63,974 nucleotides of DNA, filler included, from Octopus bimaculoides (GCF_001194135.2; 5 parts of 5 records of this genome joined end to end with filler, not necessarily neighbours in it), one strand, 5' to 3'. Numbered from the whole stretch's first letter, positions 49,201-61,598 are shown. Notes: generated from the sequence alone by a model not told the origin. Numbers and translations are program-made.

Positions 49201-51213
49201 ACACCAATTCTGATGACACATTCTTAGAATGGCTTACAGCATTTTACGATCATCTATTGTCTACTTGGCATGGACAGGTGACTTAGAATTTTGTGTTATA
49301 TAAATTACCTCATTCCCAAACTGCATCTTCCCCCAGCATAACCAATTTTACATGGCTTTCTTTTTAAAATGGCAAGGTTTATATTAGCTGAAGTTGTCTG
49401 AGATACACAATATCTAAAATACAAACAGCAGAATGGAGACATCTAGAATGTCTTTGATGAAAACTCTTTCCTCAACCAGTGTTTGATGCGGGTTAGACAA
49501 CAACATTGACTTTCCTGCTTGACAGAGTTTATAATGTTGGAAGAATCCAAGTTGAAACTTGGCACAACTGCTCTGCCAGAATTGTTTGTCAGTTTTAGCT
49601 AGTCCTCAATAATAAAGTAATTATCCTGCTAATTGTAATAATATATGTGTATATATTCCATTGGGCGTAATAATATTGGTGTAAATATCCTCTTGACTCT
49701 AATAATATAGGTGTAAACAAATTGCTGACTGAAATAACATAGATTTGTGTGTGTGTGCGTATGTGTGTGTGTAAATGGTGGACATCAACAATTGATGTTT
49801 CTAAAATTTTACATCGATATGGTTATCAAAGGAAAGTGAATATTTTACAGCATGTTTTGATAATTGTAAATGTTGATGTGCAAGAAACTAACAATTATAG
49901 TTTTTGCATTTATTTAAAGGGAAAATAAAACATGTTGCCTTAGGTATATTAATTACTGAAAAAGAAAGAAAAACGCAAGACTGTCATGACCACCACATTT
50001 TTCATCATAAGCCTACTGGATCAGAGCTGACCTGGATCTAAACAATTTTACTTTTTGAAATGCTTTTTTCTAATTGTTTTTGTTCTGTAGAGAAGGTATC
50101 CAAGTTTCAATTTTGTGTATGTCTTCAAATCATTTAGTTTATTATTTCTGTACATTGTTCTTCTTTTACCTATTTTTTTTAAAGATTATGTTTTTATTTA
50201 TTTTTTTTTTTTAAGATAAAATGGTGCAGTCAAGTATTTCGAGATCCTGTACCTATTCTTTGTGACCTTTTCACAGAAGTCATCAAGGACCTTGACCCAA
50301 GTTTGGATGATTGCCTTGCTGTATATATCGATGAGCAGGGTTCTAATGTAACCTTAATTAGTCTTATCAACTTGAAACAGGTTTGTTTTGTTGCTCATAT
50401 GACTTTGTTTCAAGAAGATTTTTAGACATCTGTATTTAAGATATTGATTGTATTACAGTGCTCCTTATTGCTGTTGTTATTGGCGGCGGCAGTAGTATAG
50501 TGTAGTATTAGCTGCAGCACTGTAACCATCATCTTTGCCTCTATTTTCTTTTCCTGTTGTTAATTATGTAAACATCAAATATTATATAAAAATGTCACAC
50601 TGGTTTCAAGCACACACACTTACAACAGAAAGATGATTTATGAGAGTGGTCAAATAGCTGCACTATCTGTGGTTCAATAGCTGGACAGCTTGTTAAATAT
50701 TTGGACCAATTGTGCCTAAATGAACTACATTTGCTTAAATATTTGGACTACTTGTGGTTCACATTTGAGTCACTTTTTAGATATTTGGACTACCTGTGAA
50801 AAAATAGTTAAATCATTGGTTAAATTGATAGGTTACCTGTTGATGGATTACATATGGCTAAATAATCAATTAGTCTGCATGGATTTCAGTTGCTGCAGAC
50901 CTGTATTGTCAATAGGCATTTCCACGGTGAAGGTCTCAAAGGAGTTAATTGTTTGTCATATCCTTCCCTCTGGACAGCCTTGTAGATAGCAATTGTTTTT
51001 TCATTGAAATGAGGCAATGTCACAAAGTCAAGATTGAGGAATCTTGTCTCTCTTCTCTTTGATAAAGATAAGGAATGTTGTGTTGTCATATGAGACATCA
51101 ATAATGAGCTGGTGTATAAACAATAGCAAGACATACACCCAAGACTACCTGAAATACAATGCATTTTAAAATTATATGTTCTTTCACCTTGTAAGAAACT
51201 TTCTATCAAACTC

Positions 51214-51295
<82 letters not shown>

Positions 51296-54200
51296 AGGGA
51301 ACCTGTGGAAGAGGTAGACCCAGGAAGACATGAAGCGAATTGGCAAAGCATGATCTTCAGATGCTGGGTCTCACGAACGTAATGACAAGTGATTGAGACC
51401 TTTGCCGATCTGCTGTGCTTTAGAAGACTCATCAAACCAAGTGATATCATAGTCGTGGACAGTGTCAGTGACACGTAAAAGGCATCCATGCTGGTGACAC
51501 ATAAAAGGCACCCACTACACTCTTGGAGTGATTGGTATTAGGAAGTGCATCTGGCCATAGAAACCAAGCCAAAATCAGATAGGAGCCTGGTATAGCTCTT
51601 GAGTATGCCAGTTCCAGTCAAACCATCTAACCCATGCTAGCATAGAAAACAGACACTAAACGATGATCATCATCATCATGATATATATGTGTGTGTGTTG
51701 TGTACTATATTTAAAATCTTATCATTTATTGGAAGAGCTCTCTTATGTACTTTGTTTTTTATAATTTTGTAAGGTTTCTGAAAGATTTTCCAAAAGTATT
51801 GAGTCTGCTGTGGAACATTGTATGTCAGGTAAGCTTGAAATCATCTTTTTATTTACATGCAATGTCATCTGTTACCACTTTATTTCCCACTGAACACTCC
51901 TTTCCCCAAAACACCCTCCCTTCTGTATTAGATATTGAAGAGGTCAAGTAACAAAACAGAAGTTCCTTCTCACTGACCTGAGTAATAAACGCTCCATCTA
52001 TTTTACTGTTATATGTTGGTGAGTCAGCTTCCACATAGGTATTAGACCTGCTTAAAATAGAAGCCAAACTTCTCGAAACTACACCTTACAGTATTTTCAG
52101 ACATGAAAGGATGCATTAGATAATATAGTCTTGGTTTCATGCGATAAGAAAGTTTTGATAGAATTGAGTTGAGGTTACACAACAACTACCACTACTACAA
52201 TACCAACTCTACTTTATTGTTGATATTTGATCTTCCAGATAATCCAGAACATGCAGTAAGTCTCCTGGATCTACAGAAGAGTATATATGCTGTCTACCAG
52301 CCATATCTGAGCAAATATAAACATTTTGAAGAGGTTGCCCTTCAGTGTGAGCTTGATAACATCAGACTGGTGAGTTATTTATTATTTTGTTTCTGCAAGT
52401 TACATTTAACTCTTTTATGACCATCAGTCAGTCACTCAGAATCCATAACCTAGTCAGCTTTTAAATTGCAGTAATGTTAAGGTCAGCTATTCATGTTTAA
52501 ACAACATTGCTTCTCATATCACATGCTACAACAGAAGCAAGCACTTATCCACAAAATTCCCATCTCACACCCTACCTGCAATTGTCCACTGAGAGGATCT
52601 TACCTCTTGAAAGTTATGGTCTAGAGAGCCACTCTCTCACTACCCAATGGTATTTATGAGATACTACACAGGAATGACAGCCAACAACTTCAAGAGAAGA
52701 TATTCTCAACATATGCACTCCTTCAGATGTGGGTACAGGGAAAACTGTACTGCTTTATCTAGAGACTTCATGACCATGGCAACACATCACCTAATATCAA
52801 AAAGTGTATGCTCAACAGGGCTCCACCTTACTCATCAGGGGGCTTAAAATTGCCAATTATGCCTCCAGGAAAGGCTGCACATACATCAACAACTTGCAGT
52901 ATCCATTAATAGAAACCCTGAAACTTCATATTATTGTCATAGAAATGTGATTAAGAATTTCACTTCTCAATCATGTGGTTTCAGGTTCAGTCCCACCTCA
53001 TGGCACCTTGGGGGGCAAGTGTCTTCTGTTGTAGTCCTGGGCTAACCAATGCCTTATGTGTGAATTTGGGAGATGGAGACTGTATGAAACCTGTAGTAGA
53101 TATACAGGTACAAATATTTTTTTAGGTGTAGGTATAGTTGTTTTGATCCCTTAAGTCTGCAACTCTAATTCAGCAGTGATATGTAAATTTGCTCCAGGAA
53201 TCAGTCCTAAGAAAGTTTGCAAAGGTTTTTTTGACATTTTCTATTAATCAAATTCTTTTACTTTCTCTTATTAAGGATCACGAGGAAATTGTTGATTCTA
53301 TTGGTTTACTTGGAGAATCTGTCAGCAAGCTGATGTCTTCTGCTAAAAAGGTTTGTATTATTAAGCCTTTTCATTTAAAACCAAAACATTTCTGTCACCT
53401 GTCAGACTGTCTATGACTAATTAACGACATTCTTCAATCTTAATTATCCATTCTGTTATGTAAAATAACAAACTGGTGTGTCATTCTAAACATTGTTCTT
53501 CACATCACATAATCACATACAAACCACAAACTATCACCATCTATTCCCGCCCAATAAATAAGTCTTGGCCATATTTCTGCTATTAGGTCAGTTAATGTAT
53601 GTAAGGTTATATCATCATCATCATCATCGTTTAACGTCCGCTTTCCATGCTAGCATATGGAGTGTATTTGCAATTTGCTAATACTTGTATTTCTAATAGT
53701 TTGTATGTGAGTGGTAAATCTAGAATTTCTCTTCTGTAACCTCTTTTTGATGGTTTACTGAGATGAGAAACCTTAATTCATTTTCAGTACTTCCAAAACT
53801 TGTATGACAGGAGGGAGTTATTCTCAGTTCAGTGATCCAGCCTTGGTGATTGTCATAGAGTGTTCTCCACTAAAGGCATCAAAGAACCAGACCGTGAAGC
53901 CAGGCAACAAAGTTAGCCCACCACTTAAGACAGGAACACTCCTTTTGAAAAGCTTACACCCAGTTTCTGTTGACTAAATTTCACTCGAGTCTTTGGTTGA
54001 TTTGAGGCTGCGGTAGAAGACACTTGCTCAAAGCTTCATGCAGTGGAATCAAACCCAGAACCATAAAGTTGCTAAAAGATGCTCTTTATCACACAGCCAT
54101 ACCTCTACTCATAACTGTTAATCTCTTTCATCCTGTTGGTAGATATTTGTGATGGGACCATGATACAAAGTCCCACATGACATCTGTTGTACTTAGTAAT

Positions 54201-57200
54201 GGAGCCCTTGTACAGGAAACGGTTAAGATGAAGAACCTCAGATCATACTGTGGACAGAGAAATTAGAATTTAATTTGCTGTGGGTGCTGGTAGTGGTTAG
54301 TGTAACAATACCAACAGGTAGATATTTAGCTATGATCATCTTCATCATTATCAAGTCCATAAACATCACTAACATCACTGTCATCCTCATTACCTTTACG
54401 TCTACCACCATTACCACATGGAATATTCATTACCATTACCACATGGAATATTTTGCAACATCTCAGACCTTGTATATTAATGAAAGTAAATTTTACATTT
54501 TAGGCTAATGAGAGGTGTATCCAGTTTACTGATGGCTTTGGATATCTGTACTTATTGGAAGCACTAAAGGTATGTCATTATATATTATATACCAAGGTGT
54601 ACTGACAAATATTTACATGCATACCCACTGACCCAAGACACACACACACAAAGTGAAAACTTTTATAATTAAGAAGATTACTTTGCAACCATGAGGGTTT
54701 TGGGTTCCATCTCATTGAATGGCATGACCAATAACTTTGAGGGAAATTTATGAGATGTAAAGTGCTTGGAAACTCATCATTTGTGTGTGTGTCCACATCT
54801 TCGCACTGGCACTATCTGGGCAAAACAGAAACATTGTTTATGCCCCTTATAAGCAGTGTCCCTTAGCTTAAAAAGCAAGTACAGGTTGGCAACAGGCAGG
54901 GCATTCCACCATAAAATATTGCCTCAGTAAATGTTCAACCTATACCAGCATGGTAAAAACAAACTAAAAAACAATGAAAATATCATAAGATATATTTGAA
55001 TATGCATTTATATATTTTGCATTCCTTTATTCTTTAGATGTTCTATATCAGTTACTGCCGAGAGTTCAAGAGAGTTCTGTCAAATGTAAGGGCAAAGTGT
55101 TATATTGGTCGACAGCAGGAAGATTTTGAAGATTGGTCTCTATTTCAACAATCCTTACGGATGATTCAAATCTGTGGTCTGTATGCAGTATACTCTTTTC
55201 ATTCTTTCTCATTTCTCTTATGTATTTGTGTATTCATGTGTTTGATTTACAGTAAGTAGTTTTGTGTCAAGTCTCTTAACCTGTTAGAAACTCAAGTCAA
55301 CAAAGAAATCTCTGGGTAGTTGTGGTTCTCCAAGAAAATGCAGCCATGTACTTCTCAAATCACAATGTACTGTCTAAAAATAAAAGGTTACATTGAACAA
55401 TGTAATCTTAGATATACTACGTCTGATTTAAAATGAAATGCTTACTGCTGAAACGGCTTTGATTATAGGTTCCCTGGAATAAGGCTGTCCTGAAACAGTC
55501 TTAGTTTAGTGGTCCTGTAGTCAAACATTGAAACATAGGAGTCCCTCTGACGTCTCTGTCTTCATGTGAATTTTAGGAATATTTAGCAGCTAGAGCTCTT
55601 CACAACTCTAGCAAGGATTGAACTTAACATGGGGAAATAAAACTCTTATCAATTTGACAATGTTTTCAGCAACAATTTGTTTTTAGTTTGTTGCTTCTTA
55701 TTTGCAGCTATATCAAGTATCTTCATTGCAGACATGATAGTGCTGATGACAAGACCTTCAACAACAACAGTTTCCATATCTTGTAGTCCATAATATTAGT
55801 GACATTGTGGATTTGTCATTGATTAATCTATTTCAATCTAATCCAACAGCAAGGTCAACAACTTATTAAAGCCTTATTAAACTGCAAAATCTATTTAGTA
55901 ACAAACTTTCTCCAACATAATGGTGACAGATCAGATAGTATAACGTATCAAATTCTCATTTAGTTATCCACACAGCAACCCATAGATCAAGTTGTCATCA
56001 TCATCATTGCCATTCTCCTCCTCCTTTATGTATTATATCTTGTAGAGCCAGCTCCAGCCTATGGTCTGAAGCATTATACAGGAAAATAGTTAATTAAACA
56101 GCACATACTGTAGTATGGAGGTTGTTTCCAGTAGTGTGATCTACTTTGTTGGTATTGATGTTACTCAGGATATAGTTCATGGTATTTTCTGCTTTTTTGT
56201 TCATGAGTCCTAGCACTTTGAGGACCACTGGTATTATTTTGTTCTTCAAACTCCACATCTTCTCAGGGTTGATAAAATAAAGTACCTGTCAAGTACTAGG
56301 GTCAGTGGTACTAATTAACCCCTCCTATCAAAGATGCTGGCTTTGTGCCTAAATCAAAACCTGAAGAGGAAAATAAAAGAAGTGTTGCTTTCTAGCCATT
56401 TTGTTGAAAGGTAGATGAGAGTGGTGAGAATGGCGTGAGTGAATAGGCCCATCTTGAGTATATATCTGTAAATCAGAGATAAGGAACTAAGAAAAGGCAC
56501 AAATCCCAGAATAGCCCTCAAACATTTCCTCCCTATTGAGGAATACTTATTGTGAAAATGTTATTACTTTTTTTTTTGTTACTCCTATTTACACAAATAC
56601 ACACACACACACACTCAAGGTTTTGTCTTGTGGCATCCTTAAGGATTTTCTTTGTGTAAACTTTTTCTGGTCAATAAAGAAATCATCATCATCATTATTA
56701 CTTTTTAGACTGTTGTAGCTTCTAATTTTATGTCTTTTAATTGACTTGTACCATATTCCTTTCAACTCTTACTTGTTATATATTTAACTGTATTGAGATA
56801 TTGTAGAGTAAAAGTGGTGTTATGTCTATATCTGTATGTGAAAATATTTATGTGAATATAGTTTGTAAGAGCTAGGGAGTGGATTCGGCCTGTACATTAG
56901 ACCAAGGTCCTGAATGCTATGGAGGACCTCCCGTACCCACTAAAAAATTCACAGTCCCCTTGAATTTTGAGCAACATTCCTCTCTACTCAGGACCCAAAT
57001 GCATTCTTATTCAGCTTTACCAAATTTGTTTGGAAGGCCCTGTGTATATATTTATATCTGATCAGGCACTCTACTAAACACTACAGTTCTGTCAAAAGTG
57101 AAGACGTCTTTTGTTATTCAGTTTACTCTATATTTATTTTACTTTGATTGTCTTAATAGATGTTTGTTATTGTTGTTGCATTCAGGAGAGTTGATCATAC

Positions 57201-59227
57201 AGACTGAAGAACTTGATAAAACCCTCATCAATAATATCATCTCAACCTTAGGCAAATACTTCTTACCCAGTCAGCATTCACCACTTAAAGAAACTACTGA
57301 TAAAAAGTAAGTCATGCCTATATTAAGTAACAATTATGTCCTTTTTGTTTTTTTGTAGCTTGCAGTTTCCAATAAAATAACTTAATATTAGTCACCATCC
57401 TCTGATAGTTAGATAACTATGATATTATTGATTTGAACCATTATTATTATTGATTGTATAAAATATCCTGCAGTATTTGTTCGAGTTCTTGTTCTGAGTC
57501 CCAATCCTACCAAGGTCAACTTCATTCTTCTTAGGTTGATGAAATAAAGTAGTGGGATTGATATAATCAATTGTTCACTTTCCCCAATTTTATGGTTTTT
57601 ACCTGCATTAGAAACAATTATTATTATTATTATTATTATTTAGTTCTTTAAGGTGGCAAGCTTGCAGAATCATTAGCATGCTGGGCAAAATGCTTAGCTG
57701 CATTTTGATCTTTACATTCTGAGTTCAAATTCCACTGAGGTCGACTTTGCCTTTCAACCCTTCAGGGTTGTTGAAATAAGTATCACTTGAATACTGGGGT
57801 CAATGTAACTGACTTAACCCTCCCCCAAAATTGCTGGCCCTGTGCTAGAATTCAAAACCATTATCATTTAGTTTTTTCATAATTGTTACTCGACAAAAAT
57901 TTTTCTATATGGCCCAAGTAAAATTACCATACCACACACTCATGCATCCATCCACATATATGAACCACTATCACCACCATCATCCTCACTGTCACCACAC
58001 CATGACCAAACTCTACCAGTCTTGGAGACCCAACAACATCTATGGGTGTTGTCCTTGTCTTCTCTAAATTTTAAAATATTAAAATGATTTCTAAACTCTT
58101 GACTGTTACTCAAATGTTTGTTAATATTTGACTTAAATCTCATATTTTGTGTACAGGACTGGCAAGAAAGTGTCTCTTTTCCAGCGCCATGCCTCTCTTT
58201 TGTTGGAAGATGAAGCAGATATAGAAATTCTTGAAGAGTTTGTCTTGAAACTTGAGGAAGGTAAATACTTTTGGAAAACATGTTATTAAAAAGAAATTTT
58301 ATTTTTTAAGTTGGGTTACCACCATTATGGTTCAGTTCCACTGTACAGCAGTGTCTTCTACTATTGCCCTGGGCCAACTAAAGCCTTATGAGTGGATTAG
58401 GTAGATAGAAACTAAAAGATGATTGGCAGAATTAGAAAAAAACATCTTGTGTTATTTAGTTGCATCCCTCTACATTCTGAGTTTAAACCTGGCTGAAGCT
58501 AACTTCTAGGATCAAATAAAAATATCAGTTAAATACTTGGGATGTTTTATCAGGCTCTACCCATCCCCTTACATTTGTGGCCATCTACCTGAGTGAAAAA
58601 TTATTTGACTATCAGTTGATAGAAGTGACAGGATATGATGTGTCTCTTAATTCGTTATGGAGTCATAACAAGGGGAACCGTTGTTATGTAGGTGTTCTTC
58701 TTAGAACCCATTCCTCTCCAGATTTGAACACAGATAATTTCTTTCAGAAAGAGAGAGAAAGGGATAGAGAAGAATCAACCCCATTTATTACTTATTTTAA
58801 CAACTCCGAAAGGATGAAAGGTAAAAAAAGGCCTTGGTGGGATTTGTATTTGCAGCACAGAGAGGTAGAACAAATGCCAAAAGGCATTCTATCTGATGTT
58901 CTTAAGTATATGTTACCATGATGGACAAAATGCCAAAATTAGTTATGTCCCTTCTGAGTTCAAATCCCCTGTGGTCACTATTATAGTTTATCCTTCTGGG
59001 GTTAATTTAATCCACTGTTCTCATCCCATAAATTTATGGCCTTGTGTCTTAATCAGAAATTATCATCATCGTCATTTAACTTTCTCTCTCCTTCAGGTGA
59101 TACACCATCAGTGTTGTCTGATGTCACCAAGGAAATGTTCAAACTCAGTCAGGAAGTGCATAAGTTTGGTTTTGATATTGTTTTTGCTCAGCTCAAGAAA
59201 CATCTCGTTGGAATGGCCAACATGGAG
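40126..59227 (+). CDS. COG7: Conserved oligomeric Golgi complex subunit 7, partial multi-exon gene (17 internal exons, 546 codons; N- and C-terminal exons absent from this contig)
   Basis: Manually spliced GT-AG exons join in frame with consistent phases. The peptide ([57 protein letters not shown]...[16 protein letters not shown]...MLVDTPDY...[19 protein letters not shown]...) aligns by eye with human COG7 as recalled, roughly residue 50 to the mid/late 500s. Confidence 0.96.
41351..41435 (+). CDS. COG7: COG7 exon B ([28 protein letters not shown])
   Basis: aataag acceptor, gtaaat donor, in frame. Confidence 0.95.
41440..41640 (+). mobile_element. Family H1, copy 3 (hammerhead-like motif at 41507-41540), in a COG7 intron
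   Basis: TTT-CTGTGGA-A-GAGT(GTTG)GCTC-GAAAT-GTT-AAA. Confidence 0.6.
41641..41760 (+). mobile_element. RTE 3' UTR fragment with (GAT)n tail
   Basis: Near-identical to 38752-38877. Confidence 0.75.
42208..42297 (+). CDS. COG7: COG7 exon C ([30 protein letters not shown])
   Basis: ttttag acceptor, gtaaaa donor. Confidence 0.95.
42330..42760 (-). pseudogene. Mariner transposase remnant in a COG7 intron
   Basis: [38 protein letters not shown] / [22 protein letters not shown]. Confidence 0.88.
42785..42853 (+). CDS. COG7: COG7 exon D ([23 protein letters not shown])
   Basis: ctgcag acceptor, gtaagt donor. Confidence 0.95.
43190..43322 (+). pseudogene. piggyBac transposase fragment
   Basis: [40 protein letters not shown] resembles the PGBD N-terminal F..E...TN.YA...T..E.KA.IG motif. 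Confidence 0.55.
44052..44279. mobile_element. piggyBac-type MITE
   Basis: Flanked by TTAA on both sides; imperfect TIRs tactttagcatt / aatgttaaaggg. Confidence 0.5.
44354..44389 (+). CDS. COG7: COG7 exon E ([12 protein letters not shown]), 36 nt
   Basis: ttacag acceptor, gtaaga donor; matches human ISAKLTGMQNSL. Confidence 0.93.
44837..45420 (-). mobile_element. Tc1/mariner (maT-like) remnant with its right TIR
   Basis: TA-cagggtgtccc end; peptide [54 protein letters not shown]. Confidence 0.8.
45768..45888 (+). CDS. COG7: COG7 exon F ([40 protein letters not shown])
   Basis: tttcag acceptor, gtaaat donor, phase 1. Confidence 0.95.
46530..46780 (-). pseudogene. Mariner transposase N-terminal HTH remnant
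   Basis: [54 protein letters not shown]. Confidence 0.85.
47352..47434 (+). CDS. COG7: COG7 exon G ([28 protein letters not shown])
   Basis: ttgcag acceptor, gtaaat donor. Confidence 0.95.
49167..49277 (+). CDS. COG7: COG7 exon H ([37 protein letters not shown])
   Basis: caacag acceptor, gtgact donor. Confidence 0.94.
50216..50380 (+). CDS. COG7: COG7 exon I ([55 protein letters not shown])
   Basis: poly-T tract + ttaag acceptor, gtttgt donor. Confidence 0.93.
51293..51680 (+). mobile_element. RTE LINE 3' end (ORF C-terminus + 3' UTR)
   Basis: [19 protein letters not shown] peptide followed by the same 3' UTR as 38700-38877. Confidence 0.7.
51774..51828 (+). CDS. COG7: COG7 exon J ([18 protein letters not shown])
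   Basis: tgtaag acceptor, gtaagc donor; phases fit both neighbours. Confidence 0.88.
52239..52369 (+). CDS. COG7: COG7 exon K ([44 protein letters not shown])
   Basis: ttccag acceptor, gtgagt donor. Confidence 0.94.
52650..52935 (+). pseudogene. Penelope-like GIY-YIG remnant in a COG7 intron
   Basis: [25 protein letters not shown] / [20 protein letters not shown]. Confidence 0.8.
52953..53100 (+). mobile_element. SINE-B 5' half
   Basis: caggttcagtccca..ggcaccttgg..caagtgtcttct. Confidence 0.7.
53276..53350 (+). CDS. COG7: COG7 exon L ([25 protein letters not shown])
   Basis: attaag acceptor, gtttgt donor; matches human EHGEVIDCVQELSHSVNKL. Confidence 0.93.
53960..54105 (-). mobile_element. 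SINE-B 5' half
   Basis: agaagacacttgctcaa...acacagccatacct is the reverse complement of the head and CORE. Confidence 0.7.
54504..54569 (+). CDS. COG7: COG7 exon M ([22 protein letters not shown])
   Basis: ttttag acceptor, gtatgt donor. Confidence 0.94.
55038..55176 (+). CDS. COG7: COG7 exon N ([46 protein letters not shown])
   Basis: ctttag acceptor; phase-1 donor g|gtctgt is needed to give C-G-E-L with the next exon. Confidence 0.92.
56215..56355 (+). mobile_element. SINE-A fragment
   Basis: cagggttgataaaataaagtacctgtcaagtactagggtca. Confidence 0.6.
57186..57306 (+). CDS. COG7: COG7 exon O ([41 protein letters not shown])
   Basis: attcag acceptor, gtaagt donor. Confidence 0.94.
57645..57860 (+). 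mobile_element. SINE-A copy (CpG-decayed)
   Basis: aaggtggcaagcttgcagaatc...gagttcaaattccactgaggtcgactttgcc. Confidence 0.8.
58157..58260 (+). CDS. COG7: COG7 exon P ([34 protein letters not shown])
   Basis: gtacag acceptor, gtaaat donor; phases 2 and 1 fit the neighbours. Confidence 0.9.
58310..58580 (+). mobile_element. SINE-B fragment followed by a SINE-A fragment
   Basis: gtgtcttctactattgccctgggccaactaaagcc..., then ggcagaattag...tctgagtttaaacc. Confidence 0.55.
59097..59227 (+). CDS. COG7: COG7 exon Q ([44 protein letters not shown])
   Basis: cttcag acceptor, gttagt donor; matches human AHQLAFDSVFLRIKQQL. Confidence 0.94.
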
Positions 59228-59998
59228 GTTAGTAACAGTTTATGACAGCAAACTTATGAGTAAATAACATGTGGGACTAGTATCTCAGATGTTGTCAGTT
59301 CAGATCCATTGTAGGTGATTTTTGTTTAGTTCCAAATCAGCTGTGATCAAGCAGTCCTATGATTAAAAGGATGGTCCTACTATGATGATCCTGTCTTTAT
59401 TACAGATATAGTATACTCTGGATTACAAAATCCAGTGTGTCTTTTAGACAATAAGATTCAGTTTGAGGGAGATTTAGCTGTTATTTTTTGCAGGTTGATT
59501 AACTGTGTAGAAATTCCCTCTTTGATTCAACAAATATTTCTAGGTAGAACGCTTTATTCCGCATTACTTTGGTTCATGTTGTTGTTGACACTACGTCATC
59601 TGTGAATGTTACTTGTGATAGACTGGTGTCCTATCCAGAGACAGGTTTATTTCTCATTCACTTTACATCATGAAACCAGATCTGGGCACAAATCCTTAAA
59701 AAATCCATCAACACTTATGAAACTGTGGTGCGATGGAGGAAGAAGACAACAAGAAGCAAAAGGACAGAATGAAGCGTTGGACCTTACCTTGCCGACCGCA
59801 GTGGGGTACACGATCACTCCTAATCAGAACACGTCTTTCTCGTAACGTCGCTGTTTTCTCACTGGCCCCACGTGTCGCCGACTTCCGATCTGACCCTTCC
59901 GGTCTGGCTTCACCTCTGTTTGCCTCACCCCTCTCCACCACAACACATAGCTCGTCACAGCCCATAACACCACATGCCCCCCTGATCTATAGATCATT

Positions 59999-60098
59999 NN
60001 NNNNNNNNNNNNNNNNNNNNNNNNNNNNNNNNNNNNNNNNNNTTAATTAATTAANNNNNNNNNNNNNNNNNNNNNNNNNNNNNNNNNNNNNNNNNNNN
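59999..60098. other. Artificial assembly join (44N + TTAATTAATTAA + 44N)
   Basis: Direct reading. Confidence 0.97.
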
Positions 60099-60727
60099 AA
60101 TTTATTCTTTTATCCTTTGTCATTTAGCTCTAATTATAGATGTCGCTTTGAAATTAATATTTCGAGTAATTAAATAATTTATGTTCTTAAATGTATGTTT
60201 AAATGCGTTTGTAATGTTTTTTTAATTACTCTTTTTTATAACCGTATATCTATTGATTTTTGTAGTTGTAAAGGAAACACAATTTCCAAAAATGGTGCTG
60301 ACTCAAAAATCCCAAGGAAATTCCAAATTCAGGCAAAATATGTAGACCAACCGACCCACCTACTCACCCCACCCCTAATTTAAAGTAAGTATTGTCAACA
60401 GGGAATTTAATTGCTTTTAAAATAACTCACTAAAACTTAAATTATCTTTAGTGTGTTTGATAATCCATTTAGCTAGAGTATCATTTAGTGTTATTTTCAT
60501 TTTATCTCCGTCTATGAAAGCTTAAAACCAACATTAATTTGGAAAACATTATATAATAATTTTCGAGAGATTTTTCATATACAATGATGTACCGAAGTCA
60601 AAATAATCTATGAGACTAACTTAGTACTTCAATTATCAAGTATGTTTTTATAACTGTATCAATATTCTTAATGATCCTCTCTCAATCAATACACGAAAAA
60701 CAATTTACATTTATTATTTTATCATAA

Positions 60728-60773
<46 letters not shown>

Positions 60774-61542
60774 ACATACATACATACATATATATATACA
60801 TATATATATATATATACATATATANNNNNNNNNNNNNNNNNNNNNNNNNNNNNNNNNNNNNNNNNNNNNNNNNNNNNNNNNNNNNNNNNNNNNNNNNNNN
60901 NNNNNNNNNNNNNNNNNNNNNNNNNNNNNNNNNNNNNNNNNNNNNNNNNNNNNNNNNNNNNNNNNNNNNNNNNNNNNNNNNNNNNNNNNNNNNNNNNNNN
61001 NNNNNNNNNNNNNNNNNNNNNNNNNNNNNNNNNNNNNNNNNNNNNNNNNNNNNNNNNNNNNNNNNNNNNNNNNNNNNNNNNNNNNNNNNNNNNNNNNNNN
61101 NNNNNNNNNNNNNNNNNNNNNNNNNNNNNNNNNNNNNNNNNNNNNNNNNNNNNNNNNNNNNNNNNNNNNNNNNNNNNNNNNNNNNNNNNNNNNNNNNNNN
61201 NNNNNNNNNNNNNNNNNNNNNNNNNNNNNNNNNNNNNNNNNNNNNNNNNNNNNNNNNNNNNNNNNNNNNNNNNNNNNNNNNNNNNNNNNNNNNNNNNNNN
61301 NNNNNNNNNNNNNNNNNNNNNNNNNNNNNNNNNNNNNNNNNNNNNNNNNNNNNNNNNNNNNNNNNNNNNNNNNNNNNNNNNNNNNNNNNNNNNNNNNNNN
61401 NNNNNNNNNNNNNNNNNNNNNNNNNNNNNNNNNNNNNNNNNNNNNNNNNNNNNNNNNNNNNNNNNNNNNNNNNNNNNNNNNNNNNNNNNNNNNNNNNNNN
61501 NNNNNNNNNNNNNNNNNNNNNNNNNNNNNNNNNNNNNNNNNN

Positions 61543-61598
<56 letters not shown>

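Noticed and set aside
54407-54452. 25-bp-period tandem duplication accattaccacatggaatatt
   Set aside because: Ordinary slippage duplication with no further structure
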